Shown piece after piece: positions 17,653-30,510 of a DNA stretch of 64,000 nucleotides. The DNA comes from Eledone cirrhosa (Eukaryota), in assembly GCA_964016885.1 (NCBI GenBank), contig OZ024741.1, positions 377,208,001 through 377,272,000 on the forward strand, read 5' to 3'. The notes beneath the pieces were generated by a model. It ran no database searches. It saw only the letters and a program-made list of their open reading frames with translations, and was not told the DNA's origin. Made by a program: the position numbers and the translations under genes. Numbering within the stretch: position 1 is the stretch's first letter; every line of letters starts with the position of its first letter.

Positions 17653-17853
17653 GGAGAGAGGATTGGCAGTATCGGTAGAGCGTCGGACACCTTGCTTTGT
17701 GATATATAGCTACGGCCCTTTACATTCTTATTTCGAATCTCACCGAGAATAGATTTGCCTTTCATCCTTACGGGGTCGATAAAATAAAGTACCAGTCATA
17801 CACTATGGTCGATTTAAAATTGCTGCCCTCATGCATAGATCAAAAACCTTTAT
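17653..17853 (+). mobile_element. tRNA-type SINE copy
   Basis: gattggcagtatcggtagagcgtc...gcctttcatccttacggggtcgataaaataaagtaccagt. Confidence 0.8.
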
Positions 17854-19297
17854 TGGTGGTTACAATCGAATGTCATGTGTTAAATTAGAACAGGCACTGA
17901 AATACAACCAGGATTATATATTTTCTTTTAATATTCAAATGATTCAGGGAAATCGTATCTTCAAAGGAAAGCTATATTGTATAAAGGTTATTGAAACAAA
18001 ACGATATGAAATGTATTTATAACAGAGAAAATTGAAACATATTTCAATGAGACATTCTATGTCAAGAATCTAAAACTCAAAATAAAATGATGGAAATGTT
18101 ATTGAGGTTGATAGAAGTGAAGGGAAAGTCTATAACAAGGGCATTAAATGAGAATGTCACAGTATTTGATAACGTGTCACACAAACAAGGCTATTGCATT
18201 CACTGTCTTGATATCCAACGCATAGTTTCGTTTAATGGTGTGATTGAGAATGCAATTTATTTGACTTGCATTTATATGAATGAAAATGCTGAGGGGATTT
18301 TCGTTGGCTCTATGTATTTATAGAAATACATATAAGCTCTGCTACAAACATGATAATGTATTCAATTTGGAAAAACTGCCATTAGTGTATTGTCATGAAT
18401 ATTTTGACATAAGGCAAAGGATCATTAAGAACATTATAAATAAGAATAAGATTTTAAATAATTTTCAACGAACTCGTTATCTGTTATAATTTAAATAAAA
18501 GCATCTTACACGGTGAAAAATTTCATCGAGCGTAGATTCTATCTAACATAAATGTAAATTTTTAACAGGCGATTATGAATGGTTTGTTCAAGACACTTCG
18601 TGTTAGTCACTGTGGTGAAATTATTATAATCAGTTATATACATTAACAGTTGTAATGTGGTCTTAGTCTTACTATTCTTTGAAAAAATGTAAGGTTTTCT
18701 TTGCGTGAAGCTTGAATCCGCACATATGTTTAAATGTTGTCAATAGTTTGCTAAATATTTAGGCAGTATTCTGTCAGGTGGGTGCTTTGGAGATGAAACT
18801 CTCTAAATGTTCAATGCGACTATAATTGGAACGCTAACACAATGAAAGAAACTTGAACTATTTGAGGGTTGACAATCTTTATGCGCAAGCCAAGAAAGGT
18901 ATGAAGGCAAAGTACTGTACATTATGGGATGTTTGGAAGGAAATATAATGTGATCTATGATTACCATATATGTCTTTGGAGAGATGGCATGCAAAATAGT
19001 TTTCTCATATGTACCCATAACAAATATTTATTTCTGCCGATTTAAATGTGATTTCCCGATGTTTAAATTGCTTGCTGTGGTATAATGTTTTTACAATGGT
19101 GACATTGTGCAGTAGCCTTTGCCTTCTATGACAGTTGCAATATTCTAAACATGCATGCCCCAAAATTTACAATTGGACGTCGCCTTCAATCTCCATTCCT
19201 ACTGAACAGAACAACCAAACAATGTCATCACCACTACCAATACTACAACGAACGTGGTCAACAGAAACAAAAACAGCACAAACAAAATACAAAACCG

Positions 19298-19460
19298 AAT
19301 AATAATGATTGCTTTATTAGCCATACAGGGCTTATATGATGAAAACATTAAAGACGATACATGATGATACAGTGTGGCTTTTCCTCGTGTAAAATAAAAT
19401 CTATTAAACAGATTAAGAAAATAAACATTTAAAACAAACATACATTCCCCAAAATTTAGG
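19298..19460 (-). mobile_element. Decayed 3' UTR fragment of the (AAT)-associated Tx1-like family
   Basis: aataatgattgctttattagccatacagggc..aaagac..acagtg resembles 29281-29350. Confidence 0.5.
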
Positions 19461-20355
19461 AGACTCTAAAGGTTAACCTTAAAGTTTCCCTTGGCGGCAT
19501 GGCACGCATATAGAAACTGTAATATATACTGCTCCCCGCTGTAGCGATTCTTCTATGTATTTAAAATATGATAGCAGTTATCGTATGTTACATTGTGATA
19601 CAAATATAGTTAATAATTATATTTATAGAATATCTATAAAACGAAAACAACCTCCATACAGTTCTTAATCTATCTCACAAAGACCAGCGATTATAGTTAT
19701 GTTGCTACACACGTTTGCAAACGAAAATCCTATTTCCTTCTTTACCACTTTCTTTTTGTTTTCAGGAAATAATCTATTAAAACATACAGAAGAAATCCAC
19801 AGCTTAAATATGCAAACCTATCAATGCGTATTGTCTTGAAATATTTAAAGCAATGTTTCCAGCTGTCTTCAGCTATACTTTAGTTAGAGTTTGGCATATA
19901 TGTCTACATAATCACATGTAAAAGAATATTTAAAATTATATAATAAATGTAAATTCCGTTGTTTGCTTACTTCCTTTGGATGTTATAAAATTTGGTTCCA
20001 TTCTGTCGCAATTTTGAAACGACATTAGACCAAATATGAGGTCAAAACAATTACCTGTACATTTTTATATAATGTTAGATGTATCAATTTCATATTCATA
20101 TATTCGTTTTTGTGTCCATGCAATAATTTAAAATCTCACAATATATTTTTTTTTTCATAAAAATCATTTTTCAAAATATATTTCAAACATTCTAAGTGTA
20201 ACGTACAACAACATTTAACGCTGCTCTTAATCACCTTAATTCACAAAAGCAATGCATTCTTTGAAATATATAGATTTTCTAATGTAAAACGCAAATCGTG
20301 ATAAAAGCAAATATATTTATTTGTCAAATCATTTCAAGATCGATAAACCTCATAT

Positions 20356-20405
<50 letters not shown>

Positions 20406-20591
20406 AATAGAATGAAACGAAATTTCATTTCTCACTCTTAGTACGGTAGTGACTTAAATGTAAGTATGTATGTATACGTAGATACATATATGTATACAGA
20501 CGTACAATAGTATGTATATATATATATACATACATGCACACATATATATATATGCACGTATCGGTTTACCGAACATTTATTATAATTATAT

Positions 20592-20628
<37 letters not shown>

Positions 20629-21256
20629 GCATGTATATATGTATATGCATATATATGTACGTGGGGGTGCATATGTAAGTTTGGCAATCTACCTTAAGGT
20701 ATATTTCCTGTGTATAAGATTACTATTTTAATAATGACTTTAAATTTTGCCATGAGCAACGATATCTGAAATAGGATTTTAACATACATCAAACAAGACC
20801 AGGAGATATCATACACTTCTACACAGTCCCTACAGTGTACATGATCCATGTAAAATAGTAATTAATATATTTTGTATGAGCTAATACTGCTACATACATT
20901 TTCGATGTAAGTTAGGCATTGGAGACACTATTTCTTCGCCTGTCGGATGACTACATATATGTTTAATTACTTCGTAGTTACTATTAGTTTTATTCTATAT
21001 AATAGTCATCTTCATTTCATATAATTTCCAGGAATGAATGTCTATTCGACTGGTGAAACCGATTGAGATGTGAAAGTATTCCTTCGACGAGATATATTTC
21101 TTTAATGGAACATGGTCGTGGAAAATATCTGAATTTCGAGCACTAGCAGTTATTATTAAATAAAGTAATGAATTATAGCTATTTTCAGGTGCAACCGAAA
21201 ATTTGAACCCAAGGCAGTTCAGTGTCAATTGTAACAGGTCAATGTTACAGATGCGA

Positions 21257-21360
21257 AATAATTGTTTCTACTTTTTGGCACAATGCCAGCAATTATCCCA
21301 ATGTATTACTGGTACTTTATTTTATCGACCCCGTAAGGATGAAAGGCAAAGTTAACCTCA
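21257..21360 (-). mobile_element. SINE, 3' half
   Basis: Reverse complement of gaggttaactttgcctttcatccttacggggtcgataaaataaagtaccag...gtagaaacaattatt. Confidence 0.8.
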
Positions 21361-21732
21361 GTTACGAAATAATGAATTAAGGCGAGAGTCATTGCATGTC
21401 ACCACGAATGTAACTTATCATTTGATAATAGTTCTTAGGATTATATGAAGCTAAGAAATAGCATTTAATTCAACAGTGGCCTAGCAATGCAGTTTGATTA
21501 ACTTCTAACCATAAATTACTTTTTAACAAATTCCAAATGCGATATGTATTCTTCTGTATAAACTCACCAACATTTATTACTAGAAGATATCAATTGAAAC
21601 CGATTCAAATTATTGCCAAAAGCGGCGGATATCAATTTTACAAATTACAATTTCAAATAGTATCGTTAAGAAAAATGTTTTTTTCTACACTATTGAGCAG
21701 ACTCAAAACGATCATGTAAAATTATTATTGTA

Positions 21733-21905
21733 AGGTAGGGCCGGACGCCATGCTTTGCAGCATAGAGTTATGACCATTTACTATCTGTGTTAAAATTCCG
21801 CCGAGGTTAACGTTGCCATTCATCCTTACGGGGTCGATAAAATAAAGTACCAGTGAAGCACTGGGTATTTGCCGGCCTTGTGCCAAAAGTAGAACCTATT
21901 TTTAT
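21733..21905 (+). mobile_element. SINE copy
   Basis: gttaaaattccgccgaggttaac..catccttacggggtcgataaaataaagtaccagt..ggccttgtgccaaaagtagaa. Confidence 0.8.
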
Positions 21906-22419
21906 TGTAACAGTATGTTTGAGATACTTGCTAACTCTAACATAGTTACATAATCCGTCACTTAAGGCGAACATTTTATTTCTTCTTCGGGCAGTTCAAT
22001 ATAATTCCTGTAATTTGACTTTTGGTAATGGATGTTTGGGATTATATTATGCTGTTTATCTGTTCCTCTTGTGTGTGATATGTTCAAGCGGATATGTACT
22101 GGAACTTTCAAAGACAATAATCGTGTGAGAAATCGTTCACAAAACGACATTATTTGCTTCATATTCCGAAATAGAATGCGTAAAATCTGATATTCAGCTT
22201 TAACGAAAAATGATACACTTACTAACATTGTTGATGCTGTCCTATTCTACTATATGTGTCACCTAACACAAAGATCATTAGAATCACAAGTTCACAAATG
22301 GATACAAATTAAACAAGTGAAAATAAGTCTATTTAACTATCATTTGAAACGGAAATTATTAAATGCACACCGACTCAAGATATCATCCTTTAATAATAAG
22401 ACACATATTAATATAAGCT

Positions 22420-23960
22420 TGTTGCTGTTGTTGTTGTTGTTGATGTTGTTGTTGTGTTGTTGTTGTTCTTCTTCTTCTCCGTCTTCTTCTTTGACTTCTT
22501 TTTCTTCTTTTTATTCATCCACATATTCGTGAAAGTGTCGTAGGAGCAACGCCTTCAAACACTCCTTCCAGCAGGTCATGTCAGAAGCAACCGTCTCCAA
22601 CTGATCCCAAACGTGACCATCCAAGCTCATGGATGCTATCCAATTATCTTGCTCCCCCGATTGGTATTACCCGTAAAACTTGTCCAGCAATTCTTTCCTG
22701 AGACATTCTAACCACATGCCTATAGTATTGGACATTTCAGCAGCTTGTATCCACGATTGTATTCTTTGTTGTCATTAACCAGCATTCGTGACCATAGGTT
22801 ATGGTTGGCTGGAATACCAGATTGAAAACTTACCGAATTTAAAATTTACACCTACCTCTCTTCTGATTACTGAATACTAAAGCTGGCGCATCACGGCATC
22901 ATTCCCTGCAATTCTTGTAATTAATTCATCCTCCTGCCTTCCATCATTTGTTAGCAAGGCTCCTAGATACTTGAACGACTCTACCTGCTTCAGTATAACT
23001 CCATTCAAATGTAGAGTGCACTGCGCATGCCTCAATTGAAGGACGAATGTCTCAAATTTTGCAGCACTAATTTTCATTCTAGGCAAACACAATTCGGCAT
23101 TAAACCTATCAAGTTCAAGACGGGGATCATCTTCTGACGAGTTAAGTAACACCATGTCGTCTGCAAATTCAAGCCGACTGATTTTACACCCGCCAGTCGT
23201 GATACCACTTCCAACCCGGCCGTGTATTGCAATCCCGTTTATGAAAATAATGAAAAAGAGAGGTGACAGTCCGCCTCCTTTACGGAGTCCGTCTCCCACA
23301 TTGAATGGTTTTGAATCAGCACCATTTATGCGAAAACAAATACTCGGTCATTCGTATAGAGACACCAGGGCAACAACAAGCTGACTATCGATCCCATACT
23401 CATGCGCATACTTCCACAGCAGATCCCGTAGAACGCGGTCATATGCCTTTCAAATTCGACCAAACAAGAATATACCTCTTGGCAAATCTCACACGATTTC
23501 TCGAAGACCTGCAGCAGTGTTAATATTTGGTCGCGTGTGCTGCATCTGAGGTGTAAACTGTTTATCCTCTAACATGGCATCAACAATCTCCCTTCATCTC
23601 TTTGTCAGACGCTTAGCATATATTTTACCGGGGCGGTTTAACGAGGAAATTTCTTTGTAATTGGAGCAACCTCTCGTTTCTCCCTTTCTGGAGATTAACA
23701 TTATCACTCCCGATTGACAGTGCTTCGGTGTTTTCCAGATATCCAAGCCACCCGACACACACGAGTCAGCAAGGGAATACCTTTTCTATTTAAGGCTTTT
23801 ATGATCTCGGGCCGGATTTCATATTACCCTCGGCCTTTCCACATTTAGACTATTTTAATCCCCTTCTGACCTCAGCATCTGAGATATTAGTTACCGCTCC
23901 CAGATGCTCCTGGTCAATAGCAGAACATTTTGCATGGCTTTAGGAGATCAGCAAACTATT
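22420..23960 (-). mobile_element. 5'-truncated RTE-clade LINE (degenerate RT) ending in a (GAA)/(CAA) simple-repeat tail
   Basis: GLRKGGGLSPLFFIIFI..SRLEFADDMVLL..LKQVESFKYLG; upstream FGRI*KAYDRV-like and CSNYKEISSL motifs; simple repeats at 22420-22510. Confidence 0.85.
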
Positions 23961-24342
23961 CTTTCCACCTCACGAGTATGCCCCTTTCTGAACACAGCAG
24001 AACCCCAGACGCGTTCTTGATAGCTGCTGTGGAGGAGGAGGTCTTATTATGAAGTCGGTAGATGATATGCCAGAACACGTGATTTGCTGATCTGAAATCG
24101 ACAAAACTGCTAGAGAAAGGGTCGCAGGTGACGGATAGAGAAACGGCCACCATATATGATAGCTATTGGCGATATAAAACGGGTAACTGCTAGAGAAATA
24201 AGCAACCCGGACCAAAAGCGTTAGACTACTATGGGACATGGAGCAATGGGTGACACCTGTACCTCCCAAGAAAACTCTCACATTTCAGTGACGTTGCTAT
24301 TAATGTAACATACAATTAAAATATATATTCACATAAATTTGA

Positions 24343-24657
24343 ATAATTTTAAAAGCCGTACAATGCATTAGAAAATTAAGCGTGCCAAGTTAATGATAGA
24401 ATTTAGAATAGCAATCTTTATTATCCCAAATATTTTCGGGTTTAATAGCCCAAATGTTTAAAAGCATTTAAATTAAATCTGCCTTCTTAACATCCACTAA
24501 TCTCCGACATGTCTGTTAAGACCATCAGAGGGGTATTCCCTTGATAATGGCTTTATAAACACGAAAATATTTGGGATAATTAATTTGCTGAGGTAAAATT
24601 CTATAGTTATCTAGGCACCTTTAATTTTCTAATGCAGTGTATGGCTTTCAAAATTAT
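24343..24657 (+). mobile_element. Old inverted-repeat pLTR relic (arms ~24343-24451 and ~24548-24657)
   Basis: Arms are diverged reverse complements (atgcattagaaaattaa/ttaattttctaatgca; attatcccaaatattttcg/cgaaaatatttgggataat). Confidence 0.7.
24537..24576 (+). ncRNA. Minimal hammerhead-like motif, U3:A8 variant
   Basis: tccc-TTGATAA-tggctttataaacac-GAAA-atat-TT-ggga. Palindromic stem III (AATATT); stem II decayed. Confidence 0.5.
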
Positions 24658-25269
24658 GTATGTTTATATTTCCTATTCAACAATGTCTCAAGCAAACTAC
24701 AACACTGATATATTCATATATTTCAAAATTCGTAACGAGCCAAATATTTTTGCATAAGAAATACTACAGTAGGTTAAACGTTTTCTCGTATTTTTCCAAT
24801 TAAAACCAAGCACGAAATGCTTATAAATCTCGTAGAAAACAATAATCCATTATGCAGCAAACGAACACATGTTGTTTGAAAAGGATTGAATCCACGCATG
24901 TAGCATTATTTCATCAATAGCGAAACCTGAGCCGAGATATATCACTTACACATGGGATTAGTATTCTATTGTTGGCTTTAGCATGTAGACGTGAGGCTAA
25001 ATATTGCAATAGTACAATAGAACGTTAATTAGTGTTTGATAACCCGATAGTTTAATGTGGGTACATACATTTGATTCTGAATAGAAACTGTTTTCAATAA
25101 ATATTCGAAATCATTTTGAGTCCCTATTCGATATTCATCCTGTGCTAATGCCTATTAACTAAATTGTGTTATAATTGCATCCACGCATACACACTTATGT
25201 CCAGGCACACAAACATACACACATGTATATGTGTAAGGCCAGCCGCAGCTCGCTCGGTATACATATGTA

Positions 25270-28200
25270 CGCGTTAACCACCTCCCCTCGACCTTTCAGG
25301 GATAGCTTCCTCTCCGCCCATTTCTGGGTGAGAGAAGCCACCCTGCTCGTCCATCGACTCAGTTTTTGTCCGTCTGGATGTCCGAACCGAACCAGACCCC
25401 GAGCAGTTTAACCGGTCCGTCCGTCCAGCGTCCGACGACGCTGTTGGACGACATGGACCTGCCTCTCCAGGTGCCGAGCTGCAGGCCCACTGACTTTTTT
25501 CTGGTTGATCATTACTCCTGTCACCGCTTCGTATTCTCTTAGTGTAGTGCCGATCGCCTCGATGATTGTTTGGCGTTCGACACCATTACGGTGACATCGT
25601 CCGCATATGCTGACACGGATCTTCCGCCTCCTAGTTCGCTCGGCACGCCCCTCAACGTCTCCAGTTTGTACAGTAATGGCTCGAGAGTCAATACGTACAA
25701 GATGTATGCGCCCGTCGTGGTCCACCAAAGACCGGATCGTGGCTTTGTTTCCACGACGCGCCTCCGCCACTCGGGCCCATTGAACGGCTTTCGTCCCCTC
25801 GTTTCTGAGAGCACACACCCTAGCTCTGACAACGCAGCCTTCGTGCTTTGCATTGGTCAAAGGCCAATTTCGCCGCAAGTACGTCGGTCGCGGGGCCTTT
25901 CCTAAGCTCCTCGTCTTATTTTCTAACTAGTCTCCCTCTGCTCTATTTTTCTCTATAGCTAAAGCCTTATTAAACCTAATGGACTCTATTCTAATCGCTC
26001 TTTTCAGAGCAAACCACCACTTGCTGTTGACGATGGCCCCCGTCAACGCTCGCTTAACTGGTTCGCTAATCCATCTCTGTAGGCCTTACGTGCTGGTAAG
26101 GACGCGTTTAGCTTCCAGTAGCCAGGCCCTCGTCTATGAAGCCTATCTAAGTCAAGCACACAGATCACGAATTTGTGGTCCGTGTACCTGACTATCTTGA
26201 ATTGTGGACAGATTATGCTAGACCTATCTATTTCCCTACAAAATACTCTATCTATATATGATCTGGATGACCCCATGCGATTTGTCCAAGTCCACATTGG
26301 AACAATCGGGAAAGCCAATCGGTACCTGTCACACAGCTCAAATCGCCTGAGCAGGTTGGTGAGGCTCTTGCACCCTCCTCCCCTATCCGCTAATCCCACA
26401 CAGTCACAGCGTGCATCTAAGATCCCGTTCCAGTCGCCCACTAACGCTAAAGAGCGGGACGTTCCTAGAAATGTCTCAAGACGCCGGAAGAATTCAGGCC
26501 ACCCTGCTCCTGTCGGGGAATAGACGGCCACTAGCCCGAAACCTTGCCCTTCTCCGCTAGTCACGTCCAGCACCACCAACTTACCTTCTGGGTCCAGGAA
26601 GATGGCCCGTATAGCGAGATCCAACCCTCTCCGAAAAATCACAGCAACTCCACCCCCGAACCAGGACGGCTGGGAGATGCGTACACATCGTAGCCGCCGA
26701 AGATCGGTGCGAAGGCCCGTCTATCGGAGATTCTGGTCTCGTTCATGGCCACTACATCTATGTTTAGTTACCTGAGGTCGTTGAGCAGGTGGCCCTGCTT
26801 CCATGACCACCCCAAGCCACGCGCATTTATGCTGCCTATTCTGAGTGAGGTCATGTTGAAATGGAGTGGAAAAGATGGGAAAGAACACTTACCTTACTTC
26901 TTATCGCAGAGGAAGGATGGTTTCACCATTCCTTTTCACTTGATCGTCTGGTGAAGGGACCGTTGAATCGCCCCTTCGGCTGGTCGTCGGCTCTTCTGTG
27001 AGTATATCCGAATATACCCTCCGGTTGAGTGTCCCTCCTAGGTCTCTGAAATCACCAACTGCGTTGGGGAATTTCGTTTTAATGTTTGTGCATTGTTTCT
27101 GTGCTATTTTTACCAGTCTTATGTTCGTTGGTGTTTTGATTGGTGCCGGTATTATGTAGTCGTGCTGTGAAATGTCCGTGTGTTCAATTATGTAAATCAT
27201 TAATTTCTTGTTGTGTGTATTTATTGATGTGCATTTGTTTTTCTGGGTGTGGGGTGTGGTTCTGCTATTTTCTTGTCGTTGTTGCTGGGTGTGTGTGTTT
27301 TGTTGTGTTTGCGATGTTGGTGCTTGTGGTGGTGGTGTTGAAGGTGTTGTTGTTGTTGGCGGTGGGGTTGCCGCCGGTGGTGATGGTAGTGCTAGTGTTA
27401 GTGTTTGTGGTGTTGCTGCTGTAAATCTTTTTGCAGTAGCCTTTACCCGTTTTTCGTTTCTTTCCTCCCTTTTCGAAGGCGACGATGCGCTGCTTCTGCG
27501 TTTGTGCCTTCTTGCGACCTTTTGCCATCTCTCTCCCACCTCACACTCCATGTCCGATTCTGTGAGGTCGGGGAGGGGTACCAGCTCCACTCTTTCACTT
27601 GCTGTGGTTGGTGATGTTTGCAGTGGAGTCTCTGTTGCAGCTGCAGTTGGCATTGCTGTTGTTGTTGTTAATACTTCCACAGCTGCTGCTGCTCTTGATT
27701 TACGTGGCGTGGGTATGGGTCCCACGGACCTATCCTTCCTGATTGCCGCCTGTCCTGTTGCTGGTAGCAGTGGAGCCGGTTTCGGAAGGAGGGGGGTTTT
27801 CTCCTTTCTCAGGGTCTTCTCATTGCAGAAGGCCCTGAGGTGAGTCTTCGATACACAGCGAAAGCATTTCGGGCGTTTGCCCTCAACACTTATGGGCAGT
27901 TGAGTGCCGTTATCGAAGTCTATCACATCCGGGACAGCTTCGATGCACTCCTGGTTGGTTTGGATTAACATCTCAATGGAGGTGCCGACCCAATCTTCTC
28001 GTACTTTTTTCTGTACTTGCAGTACAGTTGTTTTGTCCTCGATTCCGACGAGGACAGACGCGGCCAGCGAAGAAGGGGCCATCCCGCGGGGTACGTGGGT
28101 CAGGTTGGCCCTCACAATTTCTTAACCGCAGTAGGAGGGCACCAACACTATTTCCTCACTCCTTAGGGTCACTAAGGATTGAGCCTTTGCCTCCTGGGGT

Positions 28201-28596
28201 TTGGCAAAAAGCACGACCACGGTGGCATATTTCTTGCCTCGGGTGATATGCGTTTTCCGCTGTCACACAGACCCTAAGGCTTTTTGTATTTGAGCCTCTG
28301 TGTCCCTTTCAACCCTACGGGATTTTGTGCTTACTGTACGGTACGTGACCGTACAGTGCTGTTGGGTTTCGAAAAATGTTTCGGCTGCCTTACAGATTGC
28401 TCGGTGTGCGGTTTTCGTCACCATCTTCTTTGCTTCCTGTAATTCCTCATTTGTTATAAGGATGGTTTCCAGGTTCTTTGCGATACCTGCAAACGAGATT
28501 GGTTTTTCTTTGTTGTTGTCGTTGTCGTCGTCAGAGCTGCTGTTACTTTTCTTGTTGCTGCTGGTACTACGACTGCCGCCGCTCTGTTTCTGTGGT

Positions 28597-28628
<32 letters not shown>

Positions 28629-29230
28629 TTGCTGCTAATGCTTATGTTGTTTATGCTGCTGCTGATGTTGTTGCGGTTGCTACTGTTGTTTTCCTTGTCA
28701 CTGTTGCTGCTGCTGCTGTTGTTATTACGGCTGCTACTGTTATTATTGATGACGTCAGATGAATGAAATGGGTTTTCGTATTTACCGCACACCTTTTTCG
28801 TCGTTGTTGTCGTCGTGGAGAAATGTTCCACGTTTTGCACGTGATTTTAGAAACTATTTTTCTTTACTGGCGTCGCTTGCGAAAGAGAAGGGAGGGAGAG
28901 AGACACATTTAGAGAAGGGAGGGAGAGAGACAAGCTTCTCTCTGCTATAGTGAGTATTGAGGAAAAAGAAGACGGAATGAGTGGGAGTGACTTGTGAAAA
29001 TTATTTTTTGTAGCCATGTTTTTTGGGGGTTTAAAATAAATATTGGGCACAGAACCCCAATAAGCGGTTACTTAACCCCGAAGCGCCAAATAACGGGCAG
29101 AAAAACCCCTCTCACGAGGAGGAGGGTGTTTTTGTCTACAATTTGGTTAACGTTTTAAACAATTTACAATTGTTATAGCGGTTAAAATTTACAATACCTT
29201 ACAGAGCCGAGCCTCCGTCAACCATGGCAT
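25270..29230 (-). mobile_element. Tx1/L1-like LINE, family B: 5' UTR, ORF1, ORF2 endonuclease and internally deleted RT; 3'-truncated
   Basis: ORF1 with CCHC knuckle CFRCVSKTHLRAFC. ORF2 starts at 26854 (MTSLRIGSINARGL) with VAVYSP, GDWN, SYIDR, TDHK, GPGYWKLN, then jumps to LYVLTLEPLL..SAYADDVT. Confidence 0.9.
26901..28770 (-). pseudogene. Tx1-like ORF1 (gag-like, zinc knuckle), frameshifted near 28120; N-terminal CAG/CAA low-complexity tract
   Basis: 404-aa open frame 26901-28115 containing VEGKRPKCFRCVSKTHLRAFC; homologous to 46798-48301. Confidence 0.75.
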
Positions 29231-29232
29231 TC

Positions 29233-29233
<1 letters not shown>

Positions 29234-29273
<40 letters not shown>

Positions 29274-30262
29274 TAATAATAATAATGATTTCATTTATTA
29301 ACCACAAGGGCCGATATATAGGGGACAATACAAAGACAGGGACAGTGCGGTGTTACAATAACGTCGAGTAAAAGTGCACAATGGCAAGACTAATTTAAAA
29401 AAAAAAAATATAAAAATATAAAATAAACTATGCATAAAAATAACAATATAAATTCCCCGATAGGGGGTGGACGACCCGGGGGGGACTCGGGTACCCCACC
29501 AATCTTGAACCACCCTGCGCTTCTAGGGCACCCAGGGAGAGCACCCCTCTTCTCAAGTTAGCTAGCCTGTAGGCGCATGGTCAGAGTAGGCCCATTCACA
29601 CGAGCCATTCTCGCCACATTCACCCACCTTTTAGAAAATGTACTGGGGGGCAGCACTTCTCTCTCCACCCTCAGCTTCCTTTCCAGGTGAAATTTTAAGA
29701 AGTTGATGAGGGATTGGCCGAAGAGAAAAGTGTCTGTCTTCAGTCCTTTTAACCTGGTCAACCATATAACCTCTTTCGCAACTGCAACCAGACAGAGGAA
29801 AATTTCCTGCTCTTCCTGACCTAAGGAAGGCGGTGGATCGATCTTCACTATGGACTCGGCCGATAGCCGGATTCGTCCCACACGCGACAGTAGCTGTTCG
29901 ACATAACTCCACAAGTCAGTAATGCACGGACATTGGACTAGTGCGTGCAGAACGGTTTCGTCGTTCTGTGCGCATCTTGGGCAGGTCCGTCTGGCAGCAC
30001 TTCCGTGTCTGTAGAGTTTATCCCGAACCGGCAGTGCCCCCGGTAGCACTGCCAAGCGAGGAATTTTTGGAAATTGTCCATCGTCCGCGGCTCAAAAGTC
30101 CTTCGGTACAGACTGGTCAGTTCGACTTCGTCGAGGCCCAAAGCTTCTCGAGTGCGTCATCGCACTTGCCCACCACTAATCCTCTATAAAGCTCGAGATT
30201 GGAAGTTCCACTGATCGCATTGCCCGCTTGGTTGAGGGCAGTGAGTGCCTGGCAACATTCCA
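29234..30262 (-). mobile_element. Tx1-like family B, 5'-truncated 3' fragment with (ATT)n tail
   Basis: ALPVRDKLYRHG..CPRCAQNDETVLHALVQC (C-terminal CCHC), stop at 29558, 3' UTR ending ggcccttgtggttaataaatgaaatc(att)n. Confidence 0.9.
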
Positions 30263-30321
<59 letters not shown>

Positions 30322-30510
30322 TTTTCTGTATTAACCACAAGGGTTTACATAAAGTAGACATTAAGGACAGTACAGGACAATACAGGACGGTACAAATGGG
30401 CATTTCTGCGTGTAAAAAAAACAGAGGTTGAAATAAAATAACAAAGAAAAATTCCCCAATAGGGGGGAGACTTCCGAGGGACATCTGTGGAGAAAGCCCA
30501 TTAAGGGAAG
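30263..30510 (-). mobile_element. Tx1-like family B, 3' UTR-only insertion with (ATT)n tail
   Basis: ttaaccacaaggg..ggacaataca.gac..aattcccc.ataggggg matches 29297-29470; (AAT)n at 30264-30320. Confidence 0.75.

Noticed and set aside
19745-19850. Polypyrimidine tract plus CAG acceptor at ~19765 as a host exon
   Set aside because: All frames stop within ~75 nt, no donor and no recognisable protein; such sites arise by chance in AT-rich DNA.
27208-27843. 211-aa plus-strand ORF
   Set aside because: Antisense shadow of the low-complexity Tx1 ORF1.
28454-28840. Poly-N/S/Q ORF as a host protein
   Set aside because: CAG/CAA simple repeats within the 5' part of the Tx1-like element.
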